The notes: generated by a model not told the origin, from the letters alone. Positions 1 through 9,376 are shown, counted from the first letter of the stretch. The stretch is 24,454 nucleotides of DNA from Oligoflexales bacterium (GCA_044236265.1 JBIIGV010000036.1:1-24454), one strand, 5' to 3'. Made by a program: numbers and translations.

Positions 1-108
1 ACCAAGCTTTATTTGGGCGAGTGCGGCGATGATGGGACTTCTACCGATTGCACAGCAGCTGCGAAGAGAGCTTCAGCTCTAAGCGACGCTTATTACACAA
101 AAAGCTAA
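1..108 (+). CDS. 3' end of a CDS entering from the left (…TKLYLGECGDDGTSTDCTAAAKRASALSDAYYTKS*), product unknown
   Basis: Frame +1 is open from base 1 to TAA at 106-108 and is followed by a strong terminator hairpin. Confidence 0.55.
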   Translation, partial: TKLYLGECGDDGTSTDCTAAAKRASALSDAYYTKS

Positions 109-150
109 GCAAAATAATTTTCGTTTAAACTCAAAGTGTTTTTAATTAGT

Positions 151-184
151 AAGCCCCCGGTTGAGAAATCGACCGGGGGCTTTG
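151..184. terminator. Intrinsic terminator, probably bidirectional, between convergent genes
   Basis: AAGCCCCCGGTTGA-GAAA-TCGACCGGGGGCTTTT: GC-rich stem with a T-tract. Confidence 0.85.
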
Positions 185-207
185 TTCTGTGACATCATGT
201 TCTCGTC

Positions 208-1161
208 TTATTTTAGTCCAACGAGATTTCGACTCACAGCATCAAGTCTCTCAGCAGCGGCATCGTCGTGAGCATGAGGGTTTGGGGACTTTAGGGGCCA
301 GCCGCCTTTGGTGGCTTCTTTTTCTCTATAGATACCTAATTGGCTAAAGTAGGCGCCGTTATGTTTCTCAACCTCCGGAGCAAGGAGCGCATAAAGAGTC
401 GACTGGGTTCCTTCCCAAGGTTCAATCATGCCAGCAAGTCGAAAGATTGGTTTTAGTAAGATGTCTTGAAACCAGACAGGCATGGACTGACGAATCAGGT
501 TTGTTCTCACCCATCCAGGGTGGACACTAACTGCTGTGACTCCGCTGCCGCTCAATCTCTTCGCTAAGTGTTTAGCATGGAGGAGGTTTGCCAGCTTTGA
601 TTGTCCGTAGGCGACCCAGCCGTCATATTTTTTACGTTCAAAATTTAGGTCATCAAAGTCAATACGGCCCTCGCGCCCCATTGCCTTGTCGTGGAAACAG
701 CTAGATAAGTTAACGATCCTTGCCGGAGAGTTTTTCTGTAAATGTGGTAGCAGAAGCTCCGTTAGTAAATAATGTCCCAAGTGATTCGTACCAAACTGCG
801 TCTCAAAACCCTGCTTTGTTCTGCCGAAGGGTGTATTCATCACTCCGGCGTTATTCACTAAGCCGTGTAATGGAGTCTGTAGTTTCTCAAACGCAGTGGT
901 AAACCTTCTAATTGACTCCAAATCTGCAAGATCAAGCTCGAGCACATCGATTCGTCCTGCAGCGCCGCGCTGCTTGATATCTGCAGCAGCTCGCTCTCCT
1001 TCTGAAGGTCTACGGCTAGCAAGAACGACTCTCGCGCCTTGGCGAGCAAGTTGTTCTACCGTGACAAGGCCGATGCCGGAGTTTCCTCCAGTCACAATAA
1101 ATGTTTTCCCAGAAAGGTTAGTTGAGAGTAGGTGTGGGGGGCAAAGAAGTGGTTTCGCCAT
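208..1161 (-). CDS. Short-chain dehydrogenase/reductase (retinol dehydrogenase/WWOX-like classical SDR)
   Basis: TGGNSGIG cofactor motif, NNAG, QFGTNHLGH, catalytic YGQSK, VHPGWV. Confidence 0.95.
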   Translation of the reverse strand: MAKPLLCPPHLLSTNLSGKTFIVTGGNSGIGLVTVEQLARQGARVVLASRRPSEGERAAADIKQRGAAGRIDVLELDLADLESIRRFTTAFEKLQTPLHGLVNNAGVMNTPFGRTKQGFETQFGTNHLGHYLLTELLLPHLQKNSPARIVNLSSCFHDKAMGREGRIDFDDLNFERKKYDGWVAYGQSKLANLLHAKHLAKRLSGSGVTAVSVHPGWVRTNLIRQSMPVWFQDILLKPIFRLAGMIEPWEGTQSTLYALLAPEVEKHNGAYFSQLGIYREKEATKGGWPLKSPNPHAHDDAAAERLDAVSRNLVGLK

Positions 1162-1224
1162 GAATAAAAATCCTTTCTGCGGGCAAATGATAATTCACGT
1201 ATATGTTAGCGCATATTTTGAAAT

Positions 1225-1256
1225 ATTTTAAACGTGGCACCTAGGTGCCATGTCAA
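1225..1256 (-). promoter_or_regulatory. MerR-type sigma70 promoter and operator for the SDR gene
   Basis: Minus strand TTGACA-20 bp-TAAAAT, with a perfect palindrome TGGCACCTAGGTGCCA (1235-1250) in the elongated spacer. Confidence 0.85.
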
Positions 1257-1327
1257 TAATTCTAAAATTCACAAAAATTTTTCGCCGAATTTGACTGTTT
1301 ATCAATGATCCAGCTACCATTCCAGTC

Positions 1328-1774
1328 ATGACAACCTCCAAATATCCAAATCAATCTTATAAAGAATATCTCTCGACGACAGATGTCTGTCGGGAGGCTA
1401 AGGTGACACGAGGACAGCTTCGTCTTTATGAGCGTGACGGTCTCCTTAAGCCACCTACGCGGAGCGCCGCCGGCTACCGCAAATATCACCGTGAAGTGAT
1501 TGATCGACTTAAAGCGATCAATGGATTGAAAGAACTTGGGCTGACACTTGGTGAGATCGCGGGGTTACTCAGCGAACGGGACTTTATTGGGTTAGATGCG
1601 TCAAAACTTCAACAAAAAGCGAACGACATGCTCCTGAAAACTGATTTACGGATTGCGAGACTAAATGTGGTCCGTTCCTATCTTGAAAAGTGTGTTTCGG
1701 GTGATCAGGAGATTATCAACGATCCAGATTGCAAGTTTATGACAGACTTTTTATGCGCAGGCTCATCAAAGTAG
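1328..1774 (+). CDS. MerR-family transcriptional regulator
   Basis: LRLYERDGLLKPPTRSAAGYRKY wHTH, LKELGLTLGEI, dimerisation helix, C-terminal Cys residues. Confidence 0.93.
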   Translation: MTTSKYPNQSYKEYLSTTDVCREAKVTRGQLRLYERDGLLKPPTRSAAGYRKYHREVIDRLKAINGLKELGLTLGEIAGLLSERDFIGLDASKLQQKANDMLLKTDLRIARLNVVRSYLEKCVSGDQEIINDPDCKFMTDFLCAGSSK

Positions 1775-1820
1775 ATAACATTATGTTTTGCTGTTCAGGA
1801 AAGTCCCTAAGGCTAATCGA

Positions 1821-3440
1821 TTAATAAAGCCTTGCACGTTGTTCTGCGATAGTCGGAGACTCCAAATAGTCATCGTAAGAGATGACCTGGTCCATCCAGC
1901 CTTTGGGAGTAAGCTCAATGATTCTCGTGGCGACCGAGTTTACGAACTCTCGGTCCTGGGAGGTAAATAGGATTGTGCCAGGATAATTCATTAGCCCATT
2001 GTTAACGGCCGTGATTGATTCAAGATCAAGATGGTTTGTCGGTTCATCGAGGACCAATACATTCGGGCGCGCCATCATCATACGCGCCATCATCAGTCGA
2101 ACCTTCTCTCCCCCTGAGAGCACGTTTGCCTTTTTGGTGGCCTCTTCTCCGCTAAAAAGCATGCGTCCTAAAAACCCGCGCACGTACTCCTCGTCACGCT
2201 CGCTTTCTTTGGTTACAAACTGCCTAAGCCAATCAAGTAGGGTTAAAGGCTCCTTAAACCAAGCGGCGTTGTCTTTAGGGAAATAAGATCTGTGGGTTGT
2301 AATGCCCCAGCGAAACTCACCTGCAGCAGGTGCATAGTCGCCAGTTAGAATTTGAAATAGCAGAGTCGCTGGTGAGCCGTCTTTGCCAACAAACGCGACT
2401 TTTTCACCGCGGTTGATGGTGAGATCAAAGTTCTTAAACAAGATGCGGCCGTCAAGCTCACCTGTTAGGTTTTTGCACTGAAGCAGGTCTTTACCTGCTT
2501 CGCGTTCTTCTACAAAGTGAATGTGGGGATAGCGTCGAGTGGAGGGTTTAATGTCTTCAACTGATAGTTTTTCAAGCTGTTTTTTACGTGATGTTGCCTG
2601 TTTTGATTTCGAGGCGTTGGCAGAAAATCGTTCGATGAAGGATTTTAATTCTTTGATACGGTCTTCTGCTTTCTTGTTTTGATCTTTTTGCTGTTTTAAT
2701 GCCAGCTGGCTCGCCTGATACCAAAACGTATAGTTACCGGTGTAAAGCTGGATTTTTCCAAAGTCGATGTCTGCAATATGAGTGCAAACCTTATCCAGGA
2801 AGTGACGGTCGTGGGATACAACGACGACCGTGTTCTTGAACTCAATTAAAAACTCTTCAAGCCACATGATGCTTTGTACGTCGAGGTTGTTGGTTGGCTC
2901 ATCCAGTAGAAGAATATCAGGATTGCCGTAAAGAGCTTGGGCCAGAAGTACACGTACCTTTTGACCGGCTTCGAGATCGCGCATTTTCTTGGAGAGAAGC
3001 TCGTCTCCAACTCCTAGTCCGTGGAGCATTTCGGCTGCCTGTGATTCGGCGTCCCAGCCATTTAGCTCCAAAAATCTTGCCTCAAGCTCGGAGGCTCTGA
3101 TTCCGTCGGCATCCGAAAAATCCGGCTTTGCGTAGAGCTCTTCTTTTTCGCGGATGATTTCATAGAGAAACTTGTTTCCCATGATCACAGTTTTGAGAAC
3201 TTCAATATCGTCAAACTCAAATTGGTTCTGTTTTAAGACTGCGACCCGCTGGCCTGGTTGAACAGCGACCTCTCCGAAGTCGGGCTCGATATCGCCCGAT
3301 AGGATTTTCAGAAACGTTGACTTACCGGCACCATTTGCTCCGATGAGCCCGTAACAATTGCCAGGAAGAAATTTTACGTTAACGTCTTTAAATAAAACCC
3401 GCTGGCCGTAGCCCAGGGTCACTCCGGATGTGCTAATCAT
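1821..3440 (-). CDS. ABC-F family ribosome-associated ATPase (YbiT/YkpA-like)
   Basis: Two ABC domains (GANGAGKST, LLLDEPTNNLD, VSHDRHFL; LSGGEK, LDEPTNHLD), linker FSANASKSKQATSR, no TM segments. Confidence 0.95.
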   Translation of the reverse strand: MISTSGVTLGYGQRVLFKDVNVKFLPGNCYGLIGANGAGKSTFLKILSGDIEPDFGEVAVQPGQRVAVLKQNQFEFDDIEVLKTVIMGNKFLYEIIREKEELYAKPDFSDADGIRASELEARFLELNGWDAESQAAEMLHGLGVGDELLSKKMRDLEAGQKVRVLLAQALYGNPDILLLDEPTNNLDVQSIMWLEEFLIEFKNTVVVVSHDRHFLDKVCTHIADIDFGKIQLYTGNYTFWYQASQLALKQQKDQNKKAEDRIKELKSFIERFSANASKSKQATSRKKQLEKLSVEDIKPSTRRYPHIHFVEEREAGKDLLQCKNLTGELDGRILFKNFDLTINRGEKVAFVGKDGSPATLLFQILTGDYAPAAGEFRWGITTHRSYFPKDNAAWFKEPLTLLDWLRQFVTKESERDEEYVRGFLGRMLFSGEEATKKANVLSGGEKVRLMMARMMMARPNVLVLDEPTNHLDLESITAVNNGLMNYPGTILFTSQDREFVNSVATRIIELTPKGWMDQVISYDDYLESPTIAEQRARLY

Positions 3441-3539
3441 CGTCTTGAATCCTCAGTCATAGGAGGTCCAAGTACCACGGCACAGATTCTATTACAATAG
3501 ATTAAAAAGCGTTAAATTGATGCCCGCCTATCCTATGAG

Positions 3540-3575
3540 AAAAAACCCCTGGCTGATGTCTAGGCCAGGGGTTTT
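3540..3575 (-). terminator. Intrinsic terminator downstream of the TPR-redoxin gene
   Basis: 12-bp stem AAAACCCCTGGC/GCCAGGGGTTTT with a T-run on the minus strand. Confidence 0.75.
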
Positions 3576-3631
3576 CTTCGTCATTTCTTCGATAAAAACA
3601 GGGATTTTTGTCGGGCGGCGCCCCCGTCCGA

Positions 3632-5731
3632 CTATTTCTGTAAGTGTCCTCGCACCATGACGCTTTGTAGCGGTGACAGTGACCGCTGTAGCTCATTCAT
3701 AAGAAAGTCGATGTCGAGGAACGCCTCAGCGCTGACGTCTTGCCACACGACGTCGCGTTCAGCGTTAAGCACAAATAGTCCATGAATCGGAATCGACTCA
3801 AATTCATCAAATGACCACATTTGTTTGAACACTGGAAGGTTTTCCGGAGTCGATGCAATGGCAACGAGTTCGATGCCTTTGGCAGTCAGCTCAGCTTTTT
3901 TCTCTTCAAGCATTGCAAACTGTGTGTCACAGCGCGGGCAGTTCCCCAGAACGAGAGCAACCACCGCCGGCTTGTTGGGAGCAACCTGATTTAAAGTGTG
4001 CTTTGTGCCATCAGAATCGGTCCATTCAAAGTTTGGAGCCTTAATGGACTGCCACAGCACAGGACCTAACGCGTCATGCTGAGGTCTTGAGCTATGGATC
4101 GGGCGCCAGCTGGTGAATGCTTTACGAATAGAGCCTGCAGGAATCAGTCCTTTGTCGCGTAGGATCTGGATCATCTCTTGGTTAAAGGGGGCTGTTTCAT
4201 CAAGCTCTTGGCTCATAGTCATGAGAGATTGAACGTTGGCTCTTGCGGAGTCACTGCGGCCATCGGCGGCGTGGGCGGCAGCGGCGAGAAGTTTGAAGGC
4301 TGCGTTTTTAGAGTCTTGGTTGGTCAACTCGGTAGCCCATTGAGCTGCCTGAGACGGCTTTTTCGCAAACATCGCGTAACGTACAAGACGGCTTAATCCC
4401 CAGCTGGACTGAAGATGAGACAGCGTGCGTAAACGGTTTAACGCTGCATCCGTATTACGGCTAGCAAGAATATCAGCCAAGGCGCGGACTTCGTTTGTCG
4501 AGGCTTCAGATAGTCCTTCAAGAGTTTTATCATTCAGCTTGCCGTTCATGGTGGCAGTGAGAGCCTTCATGCGGCGACAGCTATCCATGGCTTCTGTGTA
4601 GGAAGAAAAATCATCACAGTTCATGAATGGTGAGCTAAAGAGGGTGTTTGCCTCCGCCCAGTATTCTCCGCGTTCTAGAACCTCTGAACTGCGAAGAACT
4701 CCAGTTTGTACGTGCTGATACTGATCTATCCGATTGAGCTTTGGATGGCGCGGCTGGGCTAGCATATTGAGAGCGTAGCCTTTAGCCTTTCCAAAGTTAC
4801 CAAGGGCCATTAGAGTTTGCGATAACCACTCATTGTTGTGTGCGTGATTATGAAGCCAGTATGGGAAGATTTTAGATTTCTTCATGTAGGTGTGATCAAC
4901 GCGGGCAGCTGCTTCTTGGGACCACCACATTTCAAAAGGCAATTTCCCGTGGGAGTAAATATGCCCCGCCATGTGCCAGAGGTGGGCAATGCCTGGGCCA
5001 GAAAATCCGCTCTTATCTGCAGAATCAAGAGCCTTGGTGTAGGTTTGCGGGGCATCCCACATGTGGATCACATAATGATGAACAGGATGATTTGGTTTTA
5101 CGGCGAGGACTTCGCGTGCCAAACGATAGAGAGACTCGGAGTTGGTGGTGTCAGCTTCTTTTTGTCCTGCGGCTAGCGCTAGGTTTCGCTGCGCGATCCA
5201 GTAGTTCACGATATAAAAAGCTTTTGCTTCGAGGTCCTTGGGATATTTTCTAAAAATCGATTCGAAGGTGGCCAAGGCCTGATTGGTGTTGCCAGAAGAG
5301 AGTAGTTCTACAGCGTTAACATAGAGGCGCTCACGTTCGGTGCTCGTTTGTGTTAGGCGGTCTCTGGCGTGTTTTGCAAATTTTAATCCGCGCTCATTAT
5401 TCCCCACCCAGACGGCACTCGACATGGCCATGCCCCAGTAAGCAAGAACGCAGTTTTTATCCAAGAATGCGGCCTGACGAAAGGATCGCTCGGACTCAAA
5501 GTTTAGAAAGCCGTGTAATTGCCCAATACCTTGGCGAATGAATCGATTGGCCTCAGCGGAGCAACCGGGAGTTTCAAAGTCAATGTCGGGCATCCCGTTT
5601 TCCAGGACTGCAAATTGCCTTGGACCTTCATCGAAGGCAGATCCCTGGTGTGAGTGGCCTGGAGGGGGGTCTTCTGCAAATGCTTGTGTTGAAAGAAGAC
5701 AGAGAGCAACTAAAAGCCTGCGTAATTTCAC
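3632..5731 (-). CDS. Secreted His-motif TPR-like protein with a C-terminal thioredoxin-fold (AhpC/TSA-like, CPRC) domain
   Basis: Signal peptide (…TQAFA/ED), helical repeats, HPVHHYVIHMWD and HLWHMAGHIY motifs, then KAPNFEWTDSDG…CPRC…HGLFVL. Confidence 0.75.
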   Translation of the reverse strand: MKLRRLLVALCLLSTQAFAEDPPPGHSHQGSAFDEGPRQFAVLENGMPDIDFETPGCSAEANRFIRQGIGQLHGFLNFESERSFRQAAFLDKNCVLAYWGMAMSSAVWVGNNERGLKFAKHARDRLTQTSTERERLYVNAVELLSSGNTNQALATFESIFRKYPKDLEAKAFYIVNYWIAQRNLALAAGQKEADTTNSESLYRLAREVLAVKPNHPVHHYVIHMWDAPQTYTKALDSADKSGFSGPGIAHLWHMAGHIYSHGKLPFEMWWSQEAAARVDHTYMKKSKIFPYWLHNHAHNNEWLSQTLMALGNFGKAKGYALNMLAQPRHPKLNRIDQYQHVQTGVLRSSEVLERGEYWAEANTLFSSPFMNCDDFSSYTEAMDSCRRMKALTATMNGKLNDKTLEGLSEASTNEVRALADILASRNTDAALNRLRTLSHLQSSWGLSRLVRYAMFAKKPSQAAQWATELTNQDSKNAAFKLLAAAAHAADGRSDSARANVQSLMTMSQELDETAPFNQEMIQILRDKGLIPAGSIRKAFTSWRPIHSSRPQHDALGPVLWQSIKAPNFEWTDSDGTKHTLNQVAPNKPAVVALVLGNCPRCDTQFAMLEEKKAELTAKGIELVAIASTPENLPVFKQMWSFDEFESIPIHGLFVLNAERDVVWQDVSAEAFLDIDFLMNELQRSLSPLQSVMVRGHLQK

Positions 5732-5842
5732 GGGGGCACCTCAATCATGGATGACGGATTTTGATGCCAGATCATTTCGAAATTAACGCAGAAAATCAAG
5801 GACTAACTTACCCTTGGAAGGCTTGGAAGTCAGTCATTTCAG

Positions 5843-6193
5843 CTATTTGCAAAGTCCTGGATTTTTGAAGATAACGGCCTCACAGTTTTTACTGTCACAA
5901 AGTCCGATGTTTTTAAAAATGACGGCTTTGCAGTCGTTGGTGCGACAGTACCCAATATTGCCCCATATAATCGCTCGGCAATCATCATTGACGCAAAAAC
6001 CAATATTGTTTGTGACGACACCGCGGCAGTCACCCGTGTCACAGTATGCATAAACACCCTGTGCAACACCGCGGCAATTGTTGCGCGTGTTCAGTACAGG
6101 GCTAGCCGCGTCAACAGACTTCATATCAGAGTGCGAAAGACTGCCGCATGCGGATAAAAAAAAGACAAAAATACTGATTAAAGAAAATTTCAT
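5843..6193 (-). CDS. Small Cys-rich tandem-repeat lipoprotein (116 aa)
   Basis: ATG at 6193 gives MKFSLISIFVFFLSA-C (lipobox), followed by five 16-aa repeats with 2 Cys each; starts 7 bp after the hemE stop. Confidence 0.8.
   Translation of the reverse strand: MKFSLISIFVFFLSACGSLSHSDMKSVDAASPVLNTRNNCRGVAQGVYAYCDTGDCRGVVTNNIGFCVNDDCRAIIWGNIGYCRTNDCKAVIFKNIGLCDSKNCEAVIFKNPGLCK
5846..6079 (-). repeat. Five degenerate 48-bp (16-aa) intragenic tandem repeats
   Basis: NCRGVAQGVYAYCDTG / DCRGVVTNNIGFCVND / DCRAIIWGNIGYCRTN / DCKAVIFKNIGLCDSK / NCEAVIFKNPGLCK. Confidence 0.85.
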
Positions 6194-6200
6194 TTTAGCC

Positions 6201-7247
6201 TCACTTGCGGAGTTCATCGATGACGATCGACAAAGACTCTGGTGGTGTGTGTGGTAACAGTCCATGCCCAACATTGAAAATATGTGCTCTAGCCGCCTGA
6301 CGGGCTTCGTCTTTTAATGCACGCACCATGGCGCGAAGCTCAGCTTCCGGGGCCAAAAGTGCCTGGGGATCAAGATTTCCTTGGAGTGTCACGTTAAGGC
6401 CAGCGCCCTTTAAAATCTCTGCGGCTCTCGATAGCCTCGTACGCCAGTCAACGCTGATCACGTCGGCAGCACAACCCGTCAGCTCATACATCCTGTCACT
6501 ACCTTGGCCTGGGAAATAAATGACAGGAACACCGGAGACTCGCTTGACCTCCGATATGATTTTATTTGTGCAGGGAAAAATCAGATCACGGTAAACGCCC
6601 GGGCTAACTTGCCCCGCCCAAGTGTCAAAAAGCATGAGCGCATCAGCGCCAGCTTTCACCTGCATCAACAGGTAATCCACAGTCAGTTGTGAGATTTTCT
6701 CAAGGAGGGCAGTGATGACTGGGCGATCGCAAAAAATTAACTTTTTGACCTCGGTGAACTCTTTAGAGCCCTGGCCTTCAATCATGTAGCTAGCCACAGT
6801 AAACGGAGCGCCTGCAAAACCAATCATGGTTTGCTCAGGTTTTAGTTTGGTTTTAGTTAGACTTATTGCGTCACCGACATAGCCAAGATCTCTTGTGGCA
6901 TCTGGATTTTTGAGGCTTTTCACATCGGCCATGGAGCGTATGGGAGCGCTTAGTCTCGGGCCATGACCCTTGTCAAAGGTAAGTTCCTGACCCAGTGCGA
7001 TGCAGGGAATCAAAATATCCGAAAAAATAATTGATGCGTCGAGGTCGTATCGACGAAGAGGTTGCCAGGTCACTTCGGCTGCAAGATCTGGGCGCTTGCA
7101 CATGGTAACGAAGTCCACGTCTGCACGCACGGCGCGGTATTCAGGTAGGTAACGACCGGCTTGTCGCATAAACCACACAGGCCAGCGGCTTGGCTTTTCG
7201 CCTCGAGCGGCTTGAATCATAGGCTTTTGCGGGCTTGGGCTGGTCAT
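6201..7247 (-). CDS. hemE: Uroporphyrinogen decarboxylase
   Basis: PVWFMRQAGRYLPEY, IIFSDIL, GFAGAPFTVASY, LQGNLDP, HIFNVGHG; AGGAG RBS before ATG 7247. Confidence 0.97.
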   Translation of the reverse strand: MTSPSPQKPMIQAARGEKPSRWPVWFMRQAGRYLPEYRAVRADVDFVTMCKRPDLAAEVTWQPLRRYDLDASIIFSDILIPCIALGQELTFDKGHGPRLSAPIRSMADVKSLKNPDATRDLGYVGDAISLTKTKLKPEQTMIGFAGAPFTVASYMIEGQGSKEFTEVKKLIFCDRPVITALLEKISQLTVDYLLMQVKAGADALMLFDTWAGQVSPGVYRDLIFPCTNKIISEVKRVSGVPVIYFPGQGSDRMYELTGCAADVISVDWRTRLSRAAEILKGAGLNVTLQGNLDPQALLAPEAELRAMVRALKDEARQAARAHIFNVGHGLLPHTPPESLSIVIDELRK

Positions 7248-7486
7248 CGATGGTCTCCTGCTTAGGTGCGGCAAAAATAACAGTCTCAGCCAATAAAAAC
7301 AACGTAATAGATGGCTCAGATCCTCTGGGTTTCCAGTCGAAAATCTAGGTTATGTCAGCCCCTTACCAAGTCTTTCTCGCCTAAAAGGGGCGTGGGTCGC
7401 TAGGAAATTTCTTCCCGTCGTCGCCGAGGCGGTCTCAAGAGAAAATATGAGTAGGCTCAAACTTTTGAAATCCCCATGAATATTGG

Positions 7487-8443
7487 ATGCCAATGACCTC
7501 GCTTCAACATCAAGCCAGAATCAATGACCTGCTGCACAGACTGCAGTCTTTGGATGTCGACCTCCAGGAGGCGATGCGGGCCCAAGATATTTCAGAGTCC
7601 GACTACTCCGAGCGCCTAGATCGTCTAAGAAATGCTCTTGGTCACGCGAACAAGATCAAAGCCCTCATGGTGCCATCAAAAATTGAAAATAATCCCATCA
7701 GCCAAGTGGATTTGCCGGTCATGGCAGATTACTCAAGGATGGAGCAGCGCATCGTTAGTAAGTTTGTGGCCGATATGAAGAAAAAAGTTGATGACGTCAC
7801 GGCAGTCTCAAAGCGCACCACTGATTGGACGAAGCAGGCAGCAGTTCAATCCACAGGTTGGATGATTGCCATTTGGCGTTTGTCTTGGCTACGTCGGCAA
7901 TTGATCAAAGTAGAACATGAGCTTTCCAATGTACGTAAGTCACGCGATGTCGTGGAAGACTTCATTGCGAGAGCAGAAATCGGTAAAGCCAGTGATGCCA
8001 AGATAATAAGTCAGCGGGATTTGATGTCGGCTTTTAACGAGTTTGAGCAGGCTACAGAAAAGGTAACATCGCTACGGGCAAGGGTTCGCAGTGAGACCTC
8101 AAAAAATGAGTCAATGCGATCCTGGCTCAAATCCCTCGAGATTGAACGTCGCTCGCAAAACCCGGAAAAGCCAGCACCCGAGCTGTATGAAGTTGAAAAA
8201 GTAACGCTCGAATTTAGTGATCAATTAACCGGAGCTGCAAGAATTGCTAGTGACCGACTTGTGGTCGCACGGCAGGTGCTAAAAGAGATAAAAAAGATTC
8301 AGCATCAAAATGAATTTGTTCAGAATGCACAGGCAGAGGGGATGACTCACAACACAGACGTTGGTTCGACTCCTTCTGCAGCCGCTGTTAATTCCATGGG
8401 TAAAAAGAAAACAAAAAAACGTTACCGAGGAAACCGTTTATGA
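7487..8443 (+). CDS. Hypothetical alpha-helical/coiled-coil protein with a basic C-terminal tail
   Basis: 318-aa ORF, heptad-rich, ATGA overlap with the next gene. Confidence 0.75.
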   Translation: MPMTSLQHQARINDLLHRLQSLDVDLQEAMRAQDISESDYSERLDRLRNALGHANKIKALMVPSKIENNPISQVDLPVMADYSRMEQRIVSKFVADMKKKVDDVTAVSKRTTDWTKQAAVQSTGWMIAIWRLSWLRRQLIKVEHELSNVRKSRDVVEDFIARAEIGKASDAKIISQRDLMSAFNEFEQATEKVTSLRARVRSETSKNESMRSWLKSLEIERRSQNPEKPAPELYEVEKVTLEFSDQLTGAARIASDRLVVARQVLKEIKKIQHQNEFVQNAQAEGMTHNTDVGSTPSAAAVNSMGKKKTKKRYRGNRL

Positions 8444-9324
8444 GCCGCTCTAGTCGCTGGGATTATCAGCTGACGCAGATTGAAGCCGCCCTTTCGGCGC
8501 TGGCTCGTGAGGTTGCGCGTAATCCTGACCCGGCTGCTCAAAGTGCTGTGAACCGAGACCGCGATCAAATCGATATGAGCTTGGCTAGAATTGCGATCGA
8601 TTGTGATCAGGTGGTGCAACTATCGCGGAAGACTCAAAATCAACGCCGGATGGATGCCGCGCTCGGCTGGGGCGCAAAAATGCTTGCCGGTAAGCTCAAG
8701 ATTTTTGCGTCCGAGTATGTAGCACTGCAAAATCGCAAAATGTGGCTGCGTCTCCTACAAGCGAGATTTTCAGGGATTTCTAACCGCGACTCACTGGATC
8801 TTGAGGCTAAGCATCTGGTCGATTTAGCCGTACGTAAAAGGCATCTTGAGCAACTGGAAGAGGGGCTAAAGACCGATCTTGTAAAAATTTCTGAAGAGCG
8901 CGAGCGTCTTAAGAGTGACTACCGCGCGTTGGATGCCGCTGACGAAAACTGGTCTGCCAGTGGAAGCTGTCAAACCCGTTTGGGGGTAAATCTTCAGCAT
9001 GCTAGGGATCATGCCGCCACGCGAGCCCTTGGTGATTATTTCAGGGTCATTTCAGTCTCTACTGTTCAGGAATCAGAACAAGCTTGGCTTCGGGATGCCA
9101 ATGAAAACTTGGCCCAAAAGGCCGATGACTTGTCGTTGAAGGCCAGAGAGCTCGCAGCAAACCTTGCCGCAAACCCTAATCATGCCGATAAATTAGGCAC
9201 AAATGGGGTTAAAGCTTCGCTGGATGAGGTCCATGAGCTGCGTGAAAATCTTATGCGCCGCTTTGAATCAATTCGCAGCCGTCCCCAGCACGGTGCTCGC
9301 CCCAAAATAGTGCAAAGTTCCTAA
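8440..9324 (+). CDS. Hypothetical coiled-coil protein
   Basis: 294-aa ORF, L/E/R/A-rich helices, translationally coupled to the upstream gene. Confidence 0.75.
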   Translation: MSRSSRWDYQLTQIEAALSALAREVARNPDPAAQSAVNRDRDQIDMSLARIAIDCDQVVQLSRKTQNQRRMDAALGWGAKMLAGKLKIFASEYVALQNRKMWLRLLQARFSGISNRDSLDLEAKHLVDLAVRKRHLEQLEEGLKTDLVKISEERERLKSDYRALDAADENWSASGSCQTRLGVNLQHARDHAATRALGDYFRVISVSTVQESEQAWLRDANENLAQKADDLSLKARELAANLAANPNHADKLGTNGVKASLDEVHELRENLMRRFESIRSRPQHGARPKIVQSS

Positions 9325-9376
9325 AAAGCAGTTAAAACATAGGCTCATCCGCTAGAACAGTTCCGGAGGAGCATTC

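Noticed and set aside
3610..3632. GC hairpin GTCGGGCGG/CCGTCCGAC at the TPR-redoxin stop codon
   Set aside because: It has no T-tract on the coding strand and is single-copy; the hairpin at 3540-3575 is the better terminator.
5846..6079. Periodic repeats considered as a CRISPR array
   Set aside because: They are degenerate in-frame coding repeats with no unique spacers, and no cas genes are present.
7316..7343. TCAG-N16-GTCGAAAA as a possible sigma28 promoter for the coiled-coil pair
   Set aside because: The match to consensus is too weak.
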